In this document: positions 29,560-38,991 of the stretch, piece by piece
Position numbering within the stretch: position 1 is the first letter of the stretch
Layout of the letters: each line of letters begins with the position of its first letter
NCBI GenBank assembly: GCA_963801825.1
Contig: CAWDGI010000002.1
Coordinates: 85,155 to 149,154, forward strand
Reading direction: 5' to 3'
Length of the DNA stretch: 64,000 nucleotides
Source of the DNA: Parachlamydiales bacterium
Lineage (GTDB): Bacteria; Chlamydiota; Chlamydiia; Chlamydiales; Parachlamydiaceae
The notes under the pieces: generated by a model
Told to the model about the DNA's origin: nothing
Seen by the model: the letters and a program-made list of their open reading frames with translations, nothing else
Databases searched by the model: none
Program-made: the position numbers and the translations under genes

Positions 29560-30984
29560 CTATCCTTCAAGGAACTGGCCAAAATCGATAAGGTCTGCAA
29601 AGTACTCACTTTCTAATAATGAGTCTGTCACACCGTTGACGTGAATCAAGATTGGTCGAAGAGAAAATCCTTTTGACCTTGCAATGTTTTTACACTTAGA
29701 TTCCATTTCAGGTATAATTTCTACTCCTATTGGCATTTTTGAAAACTTTATTTCAAAAATATATAGAGTGTTATACTTCAATTGAATAAGATAATCGATT
29801 TGGCAACCGGGATGGCTTTTTGTTGCTCTTTGGAAATAGGGATTATCATAGATAACCTCGTTAGGATCTATGCGTAGCAATTCAAATACCTTATGAAAAT
29901 TTTTTAATACTAAGTTTTCAAACTGGATCCCCATAATTGTTGCCCAAGCAGGCGGTATTTTTACGCGATTTTTTTCAATTTGAAGAAGTTTTGGTTCGAT
30001 ATACTTAAGATAAAACCTCAGGTAGTTATCTCTTAGTCTATATTTGCACAAATTAGATTCTTTGCCGCTTTTAATGTTCCATGTATTATCTTGAGCAATA
30101 AAACCCGTCTCGATAAGTTTTGAGAGATATTCACTAAGGGTTCCTCCTTTTTCGAGCTGGATTGCTTGAGCAATCTCATCAAGTGTTGCTGCACCCTCAA
30201 CAAGACTTTCCACAATTTGTTTGTAGCGCCCGGAACGTTTGGAGAAAAGATCAGAAAAAATGCGTTTAAATTCTTGAACAAGCAAACCCCCTTTTCTAAA
30301 GGCAAGATTGAGAATATTCTCTTCAGCCGATCTGCTAGGATCAATTTCTTCTAAATATCGAGGAACCCCTCCTGTGACCGAAAGAATTTTGAATTTCTCA
30401 TACGAAGAGACCATTTTTGCTTTTGATCGCCAAAAAAGATTACATATATTCAGAGGTAGGTCGTCAAGAGTGAGCTCTAGCGATATCCTTCCCATAAATC
30501 CGGTACTGCTTAAGATATTCTCATCAATCCAACTAGACATGGACCCACTTAAGATCATAATAAGCTTGGGATTGTTTTTAAAGTAGAGATCCCAGGCTGA
30601 TTTTAATTTGCCTAAAAATGTATGGTCTAAAGAACCTATCCAGTTGATTTCATCAAGGACGACTAATAGTTGACCGTGCCGAATTTTTTCGGCAAGGGTC
30701 CAAAAAATTTCCCCCCAATCATCAGCTTTTTGTCCTCGAATCCCTAGCTGACGTTCCATCTGGTCAACGAAATACTGTCGTTGGATGTTATCCGTCGTCT
30801 TTTGATCCGGAGGAAGGCCAACGAATGCAAAAGTTTTTATATTCTTGCTGAATTCTAGAATCAGTCGACTTTTTCCAATACGCCTCCGACCTTTAATAAC
30901 GACTAAACTGGATGTTTTCTTTTTGAGTAAAAGCCTGAGGCGCTCTAACTCCTCTTCTCTCCCATAAAATGGTGTTTCATCCAT
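29560..30984 (-). CDS. AAA+ ATPase of the Arch_ATPase/DUF234 family
   Basis: FYGREEELERL…VVIKGRRRIGKSRLILEF Walker A. 474 aa. Low-GC segment next to the resolvase remnant. Confidence 0.7.
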   Translation of the reverse strand: MDETPFYGREEELERLRLLLKKKTSSLVVIKGRRRIGKSRLILEFSKNIKTFAFVGLPPDQKTTDNIQRQYFVDQMERQLGIRGQKADDWGEIFWTLAEKIRHGQLLVVLDEINWIGSLDHTFLGKLKSAWDLYFKNNPKLIMILSGSMSSWIDENILSSTGFMGRISLELTLDDLPLNICNLFWRSKAKMVSSYEKFKILSVTGGVPRYLEEIDPSRSAEENILNLAFRKGGLLVQEFKRIFSDLFSKRSGRYKQIVESLVEGAATLDEIAQAIQLEKGGTLSEYLSKLIETGFIAQDNTWNIKSGKESNLCKYRLRDNYLRFYLKYIEPKLLQIEKNRVKIPPAWATIMGIQFENLVLKNFHKVFELLRIDPNEVIYDNPYFQRATKSHPGCQIDYLIQLKYNTLYIFEIKFSKMPIGVEIIPEMESKCKNIARSKGFSLRPILIHVNGVTDSLLESEYFADLIDFGQFLEG

Positions 30985-31274
30985 TTTTACCTTCCTTGTT
31001 TAATCTGAAATATATTAAAAAAATCTCACAAAATCGAGAAAATTGAATTCCATGAGGACTTTTTATGGCTAAAAATTCCTCATGGAATTGAGAATATCGA
31101 TTTCTATGAGGAAATATGGTCTATTTTCTGCCTGCGCAATACAACTTAGGGGTTTGTTATACCAAGGGCCAAGGCGTGAAGCAAGATCATGCCCAGGGTG
31201 TATAGTCAAACAGTTATGAGGGAAAACGAAGAGAATTTTGAATAAAAAAAATACTCCAAGTGTAAGATGTTTTT

Positions 31275-31310
31275 TGCAAAAAAATCAGAGTACACCGGAG
31301 TATTCCGGGA
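31275..31310 (-). terminator. terminator on minus strand (CCGGAATACTCCGG hairpin plus T-run) after the yqiJK operon
   Basis: The minus strand reads cccggaatactccggtgtactctgattttttt. Confidence 0.5.
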
Positions 31311-31321
31311 GAATAAGTGTT

Positions 31322-32680
31322 TTAAATATGACTCTTCCCATTAATCTCTTGCTTTTGCTTGACTCCATCGACAGAGATTTTACCTAAATATTGCGGTAAT
31401 TCAAGTCCCGCTAATGAGGCAATATCATGCAAGGGAGGGAGAGACTTTGCAAATTGGCTAATGAAATTTGAGGTAGACGAGCCTTTCTCTGAGCTTGCAC
31501 TATCCCATACCGTGATCTTATCAATTTTTATATTCTTGATGGCTTCTGTTTGCAAACGAACGATCTCTTCAAGCTTTTCTATTAATAACATTGTGGAGGC
31601 GCTTTTGGCATCATTTCCGCAAGCTTCGACAAGCTGTTTATATCCTTTTGCCTTCGCATCAAGGAGTTTTTCAATCCCTTCTGCTTCTGCTTGTCTAATG
31701 GCTAAAAGGGCTTCAGCTTCTCCTTGGGCAATAAGGATTTTCTTTTGCGATTCCGCCTCTGCTTCAATCTGTATTTTTCGCTTATTAATCTCTTCTGGAA
31801 TGATTAGTTCCGCTTCTAATCGTTTTGCCTGCGCTTGAGCACGCGCTTTTTGAATTTCCGCTTCCGCATATTGTTTAGCCACTTGACTCCGTTGATAGGC
31901 TTCTGCCTCTTTCTCCGCTAACATGGCATTAGTGAGGGCAATCTGCGCTTTGGATTCATTCTCCCCTTTCACCGCTTCCGCATGATAAGAAGCCACGGAC
32001 ACACGACGATCTTTCTCTGCCAAAGCCTTCCCAATATCACCTTGTTTTTCTTGCTCTGCCACATCCACTTTGGCTTGATTGACCGCCATAGAAGAGGCTT
32101 TCTTTCCAATACTGTCAATATATTCGGACTCATCGGTGATATCTGTAATGTTAACATTCAGAAGAGTCAGTCCAATCTTATGTAATTCAGGTTCAATATT
32201 CTTTTTAATTGAGGCAAGAAACATTTCTCTATCTTGATTAATCTCTTCGATTCGCAGGGAAGCCACTGTTAATCTGAGTTGCCCGATAATAATTTCTGTT
32301 GCCATGGACTCGATTTCTTTATGTCCTAGCTCTAGCAATCTAACTGCTGCATTATTCATAATTTCGGAAGTCAACCCAATGGCAACTGTAAATGTGCTGG
32401 GAACATTCACTCGAATATTTTGATGGGAAAGAGCGCCTCTAAGAGGAATATGAATGGTGCGTGGAGTTAAATCTAAAAACGCATAACCTTGAATCAATGG
32501 CCAAACAAAGGTCCCTCCCCCATGGCAGCATTGGACTGTTCTATTGAATCCCACTCGGCCGTAGACAACAAGCACCTTATTTGAGGGACATCGACGGTAG
32601 AGCTTTGCTAAAAAAAACGCCGTAGAGAAAAGGAAAAATAGAAATCCAATGATTGTCATTCCCAAATACGCATTATCCAT
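31322..32680 (-). CDS. yqiK: flotillin-like SPFH/band-7 protein (YqiK family)
   Basis: N-terminal transmembrane segment, an SPFH domain, and a long A/E/K/Q-rich coiled-coil (flotillin region). Confidence 0.8.
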   Translation of the reverse strand: MDNAYLGMTIIGFLFFLFSTAFFLAKLYRRCPSNKVLVVYGRVGFNRTVQCCHGGGTFVWPLIQGYAFLDLTPRTIHIPLRGALSHQNIRVNVPSTFTVAIGLTSEIMNNAAVRLLELGHKEIESMATEIIIGQLRLTVASLRIEEINQDREMFLASIKKNIEPELHKIGLTLLNVNITDITDESEYIDSIGKKASSMAVNQAKVDVAEQEKQGDIGKALAEKDRRVSVASYHAEAVKGENESKAQIALTNAMLAEKEAEAYQRSQVAKQYAEAEIQKARAQAQAKRLEAELIIPEEINKRKIQIEAEAESQKKILIAQGEAEALLAIRQAEAEGIEKLLDAKAKGYKQLVEACGNDAKSASTMLLIEKLEEIVRLQTEAIKNIKIDKITVWDSASSEKGSSTSNFISQFAKSLPPLHDIASLAGLELPQYLGKISVDGVKQKQEINGKSHI

Positions 32681-32694
32681 GGCTCCTCCTAAAT

Positions 32695-33264
32695 TTATAA
32701 CATTTTAACCATGACAGTTTTATCATCTAATTTCTGAATGATTTTGACTCTAACGAACGAAGGCACTTCGTTGCGATCGCTTGAACAGGCATCGATTTCT
32801 CTCATGAAATTCTCAATGCTTACGGAGACTTTTCCGATTCCATTTGCAGGAATACGCTGATACACAACCGCTTCTTGGCCGATTGTCTCTTCAATTTTGA
32901 AAATTGTCCCCTGGCTATGCAGTTTCTTCGCTAATTTAAAGATCAGACCGGTTGCAAAAATGGTGATCCCTCCACAAAGAAGAGCGATGCCTATTCTAGA
33001 AGCTCCCTCTAAATTAAATTCTTTCTGACAAGTCAAAGCGCTCCAGCCAAACATCATGAGAAAGCCTGCGATCGCCTGCCTGGAAAGCCATTTAAACTTG
33101 CCAGAATCGGTGATCCCCCCGTCGTCAATCTCTTCTTGCTCTCCGAGTCCCATCAAGTTAAGCAAAAACTGGATGAGGAACATCCCAGAACCAGCAAGGG
33201 CGCAAAACCAGTAAAGGGATTCGCTTGTCATCCATTTTTGCACGATTGAGAGATCTTGAAACAT
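32695..33264 (-). CDS. yqiJ: NfeD-like membrane protein (YqiJ family), partner of flotillin
   Basis: Two or three N-terminal transmembrane segments plus a C-terminal OB-like domain. Forms an operon with yqiK. Confidence 0.6.
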   Translation of the reverse strand: MFQDLSIVQKWMTSESLYWFCALAGSGMFLIQFLLNLMGLGEQEEIDDGGITDSGKFKWLSRQAIAGFLMMFGWSALTCQKEFNLEGASRIGIALLCGGITIFATGLIFKLAKKLHSQGTIFKIEETIGQEAVVYQRIPANGIGKVSVSIENFMREIDACSSDRNEVPSFVRVKIIQKLDDKTVMVKML

Positions 33265-33411
33265 GGGTCCTCACGTCTAACTGGAGGCATTGTAGAGCTT
33301 TCGTCCTGAGAAATCAACTAGAAAAATGCTCATTCAACTTAAAGCTGTTGCAGATAATGCTAGGAAGAAGGTAAACTTAACCAGTTAGCAGAGCAAAGAA
33401 AGTTTTTAATC

Positions 33412-33654
33412 ATGAGAGTAAAAAAAACAGAGTATTTAGAAAGACGCAAACTTAAACTTCTATTTAACGATAATAAGACAAAGATCGTTGATCTAGAGAA
33501 AGAATTGTGGGGGCCAATGTACGAGCCTCTCAAGAATATTGAGTATTTTAAAAAGGTCGCTGTTGACGACGATTTCATCACAGTTCAGTGGCCTAATGGT
33601 GCTGATTTTAGCCCTAATTTTCTCTATGAAATAGGCGTTGAAGTGAAAAAATAA
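33412..33654 (+). CDS. DUF2442 family protein (solo copy)
   Basis: …VQWPNGADFSPNFLYEIG is paralogous to the 35544-35801 protein (…IVWPNGADLCPDVLY). Confidence 0.7.
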   Translation: MRVKKTEYLERRKLKLLFNDNKTKIVDLEKELWGPMYEPLKNIEYFKKVAVDDDFITVQWPNGADFSPNFLYEIGVEVKK

Positions 33655-33686
33655 GCAAAACCAAAATTATGTTTTAAGGAAAAACC

Positions 33687-34508
33687 ATGTTTAACAAACA
33701 AATTCATCATGCTTGCACCCACTTTCCTGTCAATAATACAGAGCGTTATATTCTCTATCCAGCTCTTGCGATTTATTCTCCAATAGAGAACTTGATCAGA
33801 ACAGCTGTCGGTGGTATTTTTACTGTTTTGTCATTAGGCTCTTTTGGATTATATCCTCCTATAAATAATATAGCGAATTGGACACGTTCTGCACGGGGTG
33901 TTGTGACTGTGCCATTGCAAATTATAGGAAATATCTTCGAGGTCCATTCTAAGATCTTGACACGTTACAATATCGATACTCCTAATTTCATTGCTTATGC
34001 CACAGTGGTAGTCGATGTTATAAAGAATCCAGAAAATTATGAGGATATAAACAGGCAACAGAAAGAAAAAGAAATAGATGAGCATATTAACGATCTTTGC
34101 GATTTCAAATTAAGGAAAGCAGAAATTGCTTGCACAAAGTCATTTCAATCCCAAACAGATAGCAAAATTGAATGGATAGGCAAACATATCCTTTTTAGGT
34201 TTAGTTTAGTGTTAAATGGTGTATGTCAGTTAAGTTATTATATTGTTCTAGTTCCTTTTACAGCTATATTTACTATCCCTCAAGCAGTGTATTATCGAGG
34301 AAAAAGTGAATTCAATGCTAATGCGTTTTTAATAACAAAGATACCAGTACTCATTCATATGGTTTCTTTGACTTTAAGAATGATTGTCAATCCAAATCAG
34401 TTTGTGATTAAATCGGCATTAAACCAAGAAAAGCATCCAGACGCTTTGACAAACGCCTCGATCTCTGCACATGAATTTTGGGAAGATCCATTAGAAATGG
34501 GAATGTAG
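33687..34508 (+). CDS. hypothetical multi-pass membrane protein (AT-rich, accessory)
   Basis: 273 aa with several hydrophobic segments. No recognised domain. Confidence 0.45.
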   Translation: MFNKQIHHACTHFPVNNTERYILYPALAIYSPIENLIRTAVGGIFTVLSLGSFGLYPPINNIANWTRSARGVVTVPLQIIGNIFEVHSKILTRYNIDTPNFIAYATVVVDVIKNPENYEDINRQQKEKEIDEHINDLCDFKLRKAEIACTKSFQSQTDSKIEWIGKHILFRFSLVLNGVCQLSYYIVLVPFTAIFTIPQAVYYRGKSEFNANAFLITKIPVLIHMVSLTLRMIVNPNQFVIKSALNQEKHPDALTNASISAHEFWEDPLEMGM

Positions 34509-34648
34509 GTATTTTCAAAAGTAAGTGATCAATTGAGGTCACCTCAACTATTAATCTCTCTCGAAACTGAGCAATAAGATCTGAAGCGGTCCTTAATTGA
34601 CATTTCGCGGTTTTAGTCAAAAAATACCCAAAATGGTCGACATCTACC

Positions 34649-35089
34649 CTACGATGCTTTTAAATTTAAGGTTATGGTTTCCTCAATAGGTGTCAATCCC
34701 CTTAACTTTTCGATCTTACTCAAAGGCAAAGTGGATTTTTTTGAAATCTGAGCTTCCATGAGCAAACGGAGGAGAATTTCAGTATTGTAATCCATACCAC
34801 TCAAGTGATCGCCTTTGTTTTCCCATTGAGATACGACCGAATGATTCGCCATATTGAGCCAACTGGCAAATTCCACTTGTGTCATTCGCATATGTTTGCG
34901 AATGAAACGCACCTCAGAGCCTGAAAGACGATTAGGCTTCTTTGCCAATGCACAGAAAGCTGTTTCCTGAAGTTTTTTCATATTAGGGGCAAGGCACCTT
35001 GATCCGTCAGGAAGTGTAAGCATCGGCGCATTTACAAGAAAAATTCTAAAACCTAGCTCGTCATATGGTATAGATTTTTTATTTGTCAC
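34649..35089 (-). CDS. HTH XRE-family regulator with an N-terminal MqsA-like beta-domain (no zinc Cys pairs); orphan antitoxin-like
   Basis: LSGSEVRFIRKHMRMTQVEFASWLNMANHSVVSQWENKG is an XRE HTH. Overall architecture is like MqsA/YgiT. No toxin gene adjacent. Confidence 0.55.
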   Translation of the reverse strand: MTNKKSIPYDELGFRIFLVNAPMLTLPDGSRCLAPNMKKLQETAFCALAKKPNRLSGSEVRFIRKHMRMTQVEFASWLNMANHSVVSQWENKGDHLSGMDYNTEILLRLLMEAQISKKSTLPLSKIEKLRGLTPIEETITLNLKAS

Positions 35090-35111
35090 TTTGCACCTCT
35101 GCGGTTATTCC

Positions 35112-35192
35112 TCAGGACTGATGCATTAAAATTTTCCGATAACGCCTTTGGCAATCAATATTGGCAAGTAAATTTTAATGCGTCGGTTCTGA
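35112..35192. promoter_or_regulatory. imperfect 23-bp inverted repeat pair upstream of the XRE gene (candidate operator, or ends of a tiny element)
   Basis: TCAGGACTGATGCATTAAAATTT …35 bp… AAATTTTAATGCGTCGGTTCTGA. The half-site AATTTAATGCGTCGGTTCTGA recurs at 7889-7909, upstream of the HicB-like gene. Confidence 0.5.
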
Positions 35193-35270
35193 CAGACATA
35201 AGACATTTATTGACAGGAAGAAAATTTCCTCTTAGAATAACATTCAAGAGAAAAAGAGTCGAGAAAAGAA

Positions 35271-35531
35271 ATGCCTGAAATTAGTCGATTCCACGGTTTA
35301 ACTATTCATTTTTATAGTAATGATCATAGCCCACCTCATTTTCACGTTGTTTATGGAAGTCAAAAGGCTGTATTTAGAATTGATACTTTAGAGATGATTG
35401 AAGGAAAAATCCCTAAGAATAAAGCTTTGTTGGTTATCCAATGGGCATTCCTTCATAGGGAAGAACTTCTTGAAGGCTGGGAAACAGCTAGAAAAGGCTT
35501 TATTCCCAAGAAAATAAAAGGCTTAAATTAA
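35271..35531 (+). CDS. DUF4160 family protein
   Basis: MPEISRFHGLTIHFYSNDHSPPHFHVVYGSQKAVF is the DUF4160 signature (NDHNPPHFH). Confidence 0.8.
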   Translation: MPEISRFHGLTIHFYSNDHSPPHFHVVYGSQKAVFRIDTLEMIEGKIPKNKALLVIQWAFLHREELLEGWETARKGFIPKKIKGLN

Positions 35532-35543
35532 TCGAAGGTTCAT

Positions 35544-35801
35544 ATGTTACACCTAGTTAGAAAATGTGAGTACCTAGAAGGTTATAAGTTAAAGTTAACC
35601 TTTAATGACAAGAAAAAAAAAGTAGTCGATTTGAAAAAATTAACTAAATTTGGGCCAGGGACAGTTTTCTATCCTTTTAGAAATTTAGAATTCTTCAAAT
35701 CTGTGAAATTAGATAGGAGATTGGGGACTATTGTATGGCCAAATGGCGCAGACCTCTGTCCCGACGTTCTTTATATGGAAGGAAAAGACGTTGAGAAGTA
35801 G
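35544..35801 (+). CDS. DUF2442 family protein (paired with DUF4160)
   Basis: …KLKLTFNDKKKKVVDL…IVWPNGADLCPDVLY. Lies 12 bp downstream of the DUF4160 gene. Confidence 0.8.
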   Translation: MLHLVRKCEYLEGYKLKLTFNDKKKKVVDLKKLTKFGPGTVFYPFRNLEFFKSVKLDRRLGTIVWPNGADLCPDVLYMEGKDVEK

Positions 35802-37341
35802 GAATGCTCTGTCTCCAATGAAAAATATTCAAAGGATCATATTTATCTTTAATCTTAATCAAGCGCTTCACATGATTCCCGTAATATAACTTGAGATAAT
35901 CTTTCCCAAGATCATAATCCACAATATTGGCATAGCAATCCTTCGACACTTCCCGCGGAATTTTGGCATAAAACCGGCGACTCAGGGCCAATACTTCAGG
36001 ACTTTGTTTCTGCTGACCCCAATAATAGGCTTGAAACCACCATCCAAAGGCATGACGAGGAAAAAAAGAAGTATGAAACTGAGGAATGACTCCCCCAAAA
36101 GCCTCGAAATTAAAATAAACTAAATAATTGGGATTGCGCCTCTCTAAACGAGTAAAAAAACGAGTTACTTCCTTCATGACATTCTCTGTCACCGGCTTCC
36201 TTAATATCCTCGATTTTGCTTTGTTAAAAGGAAGTGCAGGCTCTAGCGCCCAATATTTTGAGATATCAACAAAACGTCCTGAAAAGGTTCTCACCCACGG
36301 CCGAAGCTCTTTAAAAGCACACTCCCACTCTGTAAATGGCTCAGCGCCCACTTTAAGTCCAAATACACGAATGACAAGCGGCGGGGTTTCGCTAGGCTGG
36401 GCGCACATATGATTGGGATGGCGAATCCCTAATACAGAAGAGAGGTTATCCGGTAAATTTTTCACCCAAGATTGCCAGGCATGCATAATAGGAGAAATGA
36501 GTTGAGGATCCCATTCCCAGATCAACTCATAAAACGTCACCTGAGGAATGTAATACATTTGAAATGTAAACCCTAAAGCAATCCCGTAGGAGCCATTTCC
36601 CCCTCCTAACAAGGCCCAAAAAAGATCGGGATAACTTGAGGCATTGACCTCTATGATCTCTGCATCGGCTGTCAATAGCGTGATGCTCTTCACCGAATCG
36701 CAGGTGAGCCCGAACGTTCGGGCAAGTAATCCAATCCCTCCTCCAAGTGTTAATCCTGTGACCCCAACGGTGGGACATGTGCCAGTGGGAATGGCATAAT
36801 CCAATTGTCCTAGAGTATCGATCACTGTCCCAAGCACACAGCCTGCTCCAATATACACCTCTTGCTTATCCACATTTGGGATAATGGCATTAAAATTTTG
36901 CAGATCGATGATATAATCAGAGGATAAAGACCCCGGCTCAAAGCAGTGGCCTCCTGAGCGCACCGCAAAAGAAAGGTGATATTGAGTCAATATGCTAAGC
37001 ACATATTGCGCCTCCTGCGGAGTCGTTGGAGCAAAGATGGCCTTAGGGAAATAAACAAACCGCTTATTGTAATTCAACCGAGCCGTATTATAGTCTGGAC
37101 TGGTTGGGTAGATGGCATAGGGCAAATTTTGCAGTTCGGGAGGGATGCATGCATCCAAATTCGGGAAAGCTTGGTTTAGGCAAATTTTTTCTTGCCTCTC
37201 CCTCGCACTCAAAGGGAAAAGTCCATACGCACAAACCAGACAGACTAACCAGAAAAAGAGATGTTTTTTTAAAGCTTGCTCCATATTTTCCTTCTTGAAA
37301 CGATAAACTCGACTACTAATAAAAGCTTTTTTAAATTTCAA
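35728..37341 (-). CDS. secreted FAD-linked oxidoreductase (BBE/PCMH-type FAD-binding domain)
   Basis: Signal peptide, then RSGGHCFEPGS and a GGG..G FAD-binding region. 537 aa. The 3' end overlaps the convergent DUF2442 gene. Confidence 0.7.
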   Translation of the reverse strand: MKFKKAFISSRVYRFKKENMEQALKKHLFFWLVCLVCAYGLFPLSARERQEKICLNQAFPNLDACIPPELQNLPYAIYPTSPDYNTARLNYNKRFVYFPKAIFAPTTPQEAQYVLSILTQYHLSFAVRSGGHCFEPGSLSSDYIIDLQNFNAIIPNVDKQEVYIGAGCVLGTVIDTLGQLDYAIPTGTCPTVGVTGLTLGGGIGLLARTFGLTCDSVKSITLLTADAEIIEVNASSYPDLFWALLGGGNGSYGIALGFTFQMYYIPQVTFYELIWEWDPQLISPIMHAWQSWVKNLPDNLSSVLGIRHPNHMCAQPSETPPLVIRVFGLKVGAEPFTEWECAFKELRPWVRTFSGRFVDISKYWALEPALPFNKAKSRILRKPVTENVMKEVTRFFTRLERRNPNYLVYFNFEAFGGVIPQFHTSFFPRHAFGWWFQAYYWGQQKQSPEVLALSRRFYAKIPREVSKDCYANIVDYDLGKDYLKLYYGNHVKRLIKIKDKYDPLNIFHWRQSIPTSQRLFLPYKERRDRGLRHLAIQ

Positions 37342-37440
37342 TCGATATTTTCATCACCGAACCGTGAAATAAATTCATTGACACCCGCCTAGCCCAATCG
37401 CTTATACTCGGATTTAAATAGATCAACCGGTGCATCCCCT

Positions 37441-38991
37441 ATGCTTGTAGCCCCTTCTTCTTTTATGAATCCTCTTCTAGAAAGCGACCGCGCCACCAAA
37501 ATCCCCGAATCTTGCATTCTGGTCATTTTTGGTGCCACCGGCGATTTAACAGCACGCAAACTGATCCCCGCCCTTTATAATTTAGCGCGAGAAGGGCAAC
37601 TCCCCGGCCATTTTGCCTGCGTCGGCTTTGCCAGACGACCGAAAACACATGAACAATTCCGAGCCGAAATGCATGAAGATATCGAGCATTTTTCACGCTC
37701 TTCTTCTGTGGATCCTCAGATCTGGAAAACCTTTCAGGAACAATTCTTTTATTTACAATCTGAGTTTGACCAAGATGAAGGCTATGATCGCCTCAACCAG
37801 TTTCTTCACCAACTCGATTTGCAATTTGGGACGAAAGGAAACCGCGTTTACTATCTATCTGTCCAACCCAGCTATTTTCCTTCTATTGTCGAAAAGCTCC
37901 ACCAGCATCAACTGATCTATTCCCCCCATCTAACAAATCGCTGGAGCCGCATCATCATTGAAAAACCCTTTGGAGAAGATTTTTCCTCCGCTTTGCAATT
38001 ACAAAAAGATCTCGTTCAATATCTAGATGAAAGTCAAATTTATCGTATCGACCACTACCTCGGAAAGGAAACGGTTCAAAATCTCCTGATTTTTCGTTTT
38101 GCTAATTCAATTTTTGAACCGATTTGGAGCCATCATCACATCGATCATCTCCAAATTACCGTCGCGGAAGAGATTGGAATCGGAACACGGGGTCGCTTCT
38201 TTGAAGAAGCAGGAATGCTGCGAGATATCGTCCAAAATCACATGATGCAACTTCTTTCCCTGGTTGCAATGGAGCCTCCCAGCAGTCTTGCTGCCTCTTC
38301 CATTCATGAAGAAAAGGTCAAAGTCTTAAAATCCATCCGCCCCTTCCCCAAAAACAATTTCTCTCAACGGGCCGTTCGTGGACAGTATGCTCCCGGATTT
38401 ATCTATGGCGAAGCGGTAAAAGGCTACAGGGAAGAAGAGAATGTCTCCCCTCAATCCTTCGTCGAAACTTATGTCGCTCTCGAGCTCTTCATTGATAATT
38501 GGCGCTGGTCAGGCGTCCCCTTCTATTTGCGAGCGGGGAAACGCCTTCCTAAGCGGGTCTCAGAAATTGCCGTGATTTTCAAAAAAGCTCCTTCTTATTT
38601 ATTTCAAGAGACCACTTCCTCTTTAGACCCCAATATCTTGCTCATTCGGATTCAACCGGATGAAGGAATCTCTTTTAAAATTAATTGCAAGGTGCCTGCG
38701 CTCAGCCAAGTCATTCAGCCTGTGAAAATGGATTTTCGCTACGGCTCCTATTTTGGTTCAACTGCCCCGGAAGCCTATGAGCGGCTCATCTGCGATTGCA
38801 TGGCAGGAGATAATACTCTCTTTGCCCGCGATGATGAAGTCTTAATCGCTTGGGAACTCCTCACCCCTCTCCTCGAGGATTGGCAACGACATCCTCCAAA
38901 AGACTTTCCCAATTATCCCGCCGGTATGTGGGGACCTCCTGAGGCCGATCAACTCATAAAACGAGGGGGAAGGCAATGGCGTCTTCTTTAG
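37441..38991 (+). CDS. zwf: glucose-6-phosphate 1-dehydrogenase
   Basis: GATGDLTARKLIPALY NADP site, the active-site IDHYLGKE and the RDI(V/I)QNH motif. 516 aa. Confidence 0.9.
   Translation: MLVAPSSFMNPLLESDRATKIPESCILVIFGATGDLTARKLIPALYNLAREGQLPGHFACVGFARRPKTHEQFRAEMHEDIEHFSRSSSVDPQIWKTFQEQFFYLQSEFDQDEGYDRLNQFLHQLDLQFGTKGNRVYYLSVQPSYFPSIVEKLHQHQLIYSPHLTNRWSRIIIEKPFGEDFSSALQLQKDLVQYLDESQIYRIDHYLGKETVQNLLIFRFANSIFEPIWSHHHIDHLQITVAEEIGIGTRGRFFEEAGMLRDIVQNHMMQLLSLVAMEPPSSLAASSIHEEKVKVLKSIRPFPKNNFSQRAVRGQYAPGFIYGEAVKGYREEENVSPQSFVETYVALELFIDNWRWSGVPFYLRAGKRLPKRVSEIAVIFKKAPSYLFQETTSSLDPNILLIRIQPDEGISFKINCKVPALSQVIQPVKMDFRYGSYFGSTAPEAYERLICDCMAGDNTLFARDDEVLIAWELLTPLLEDWQRHPPKDFPNYPAGMWGPPEADQLIKRGGRQWRLL

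Noticed and set aside
31359-31838. 159-aa plus-strand ORF.
   Set aside because: It is antisense to the flotillin coiled-coil region (an A/E/K-rich sequence gives an open reverse frame).
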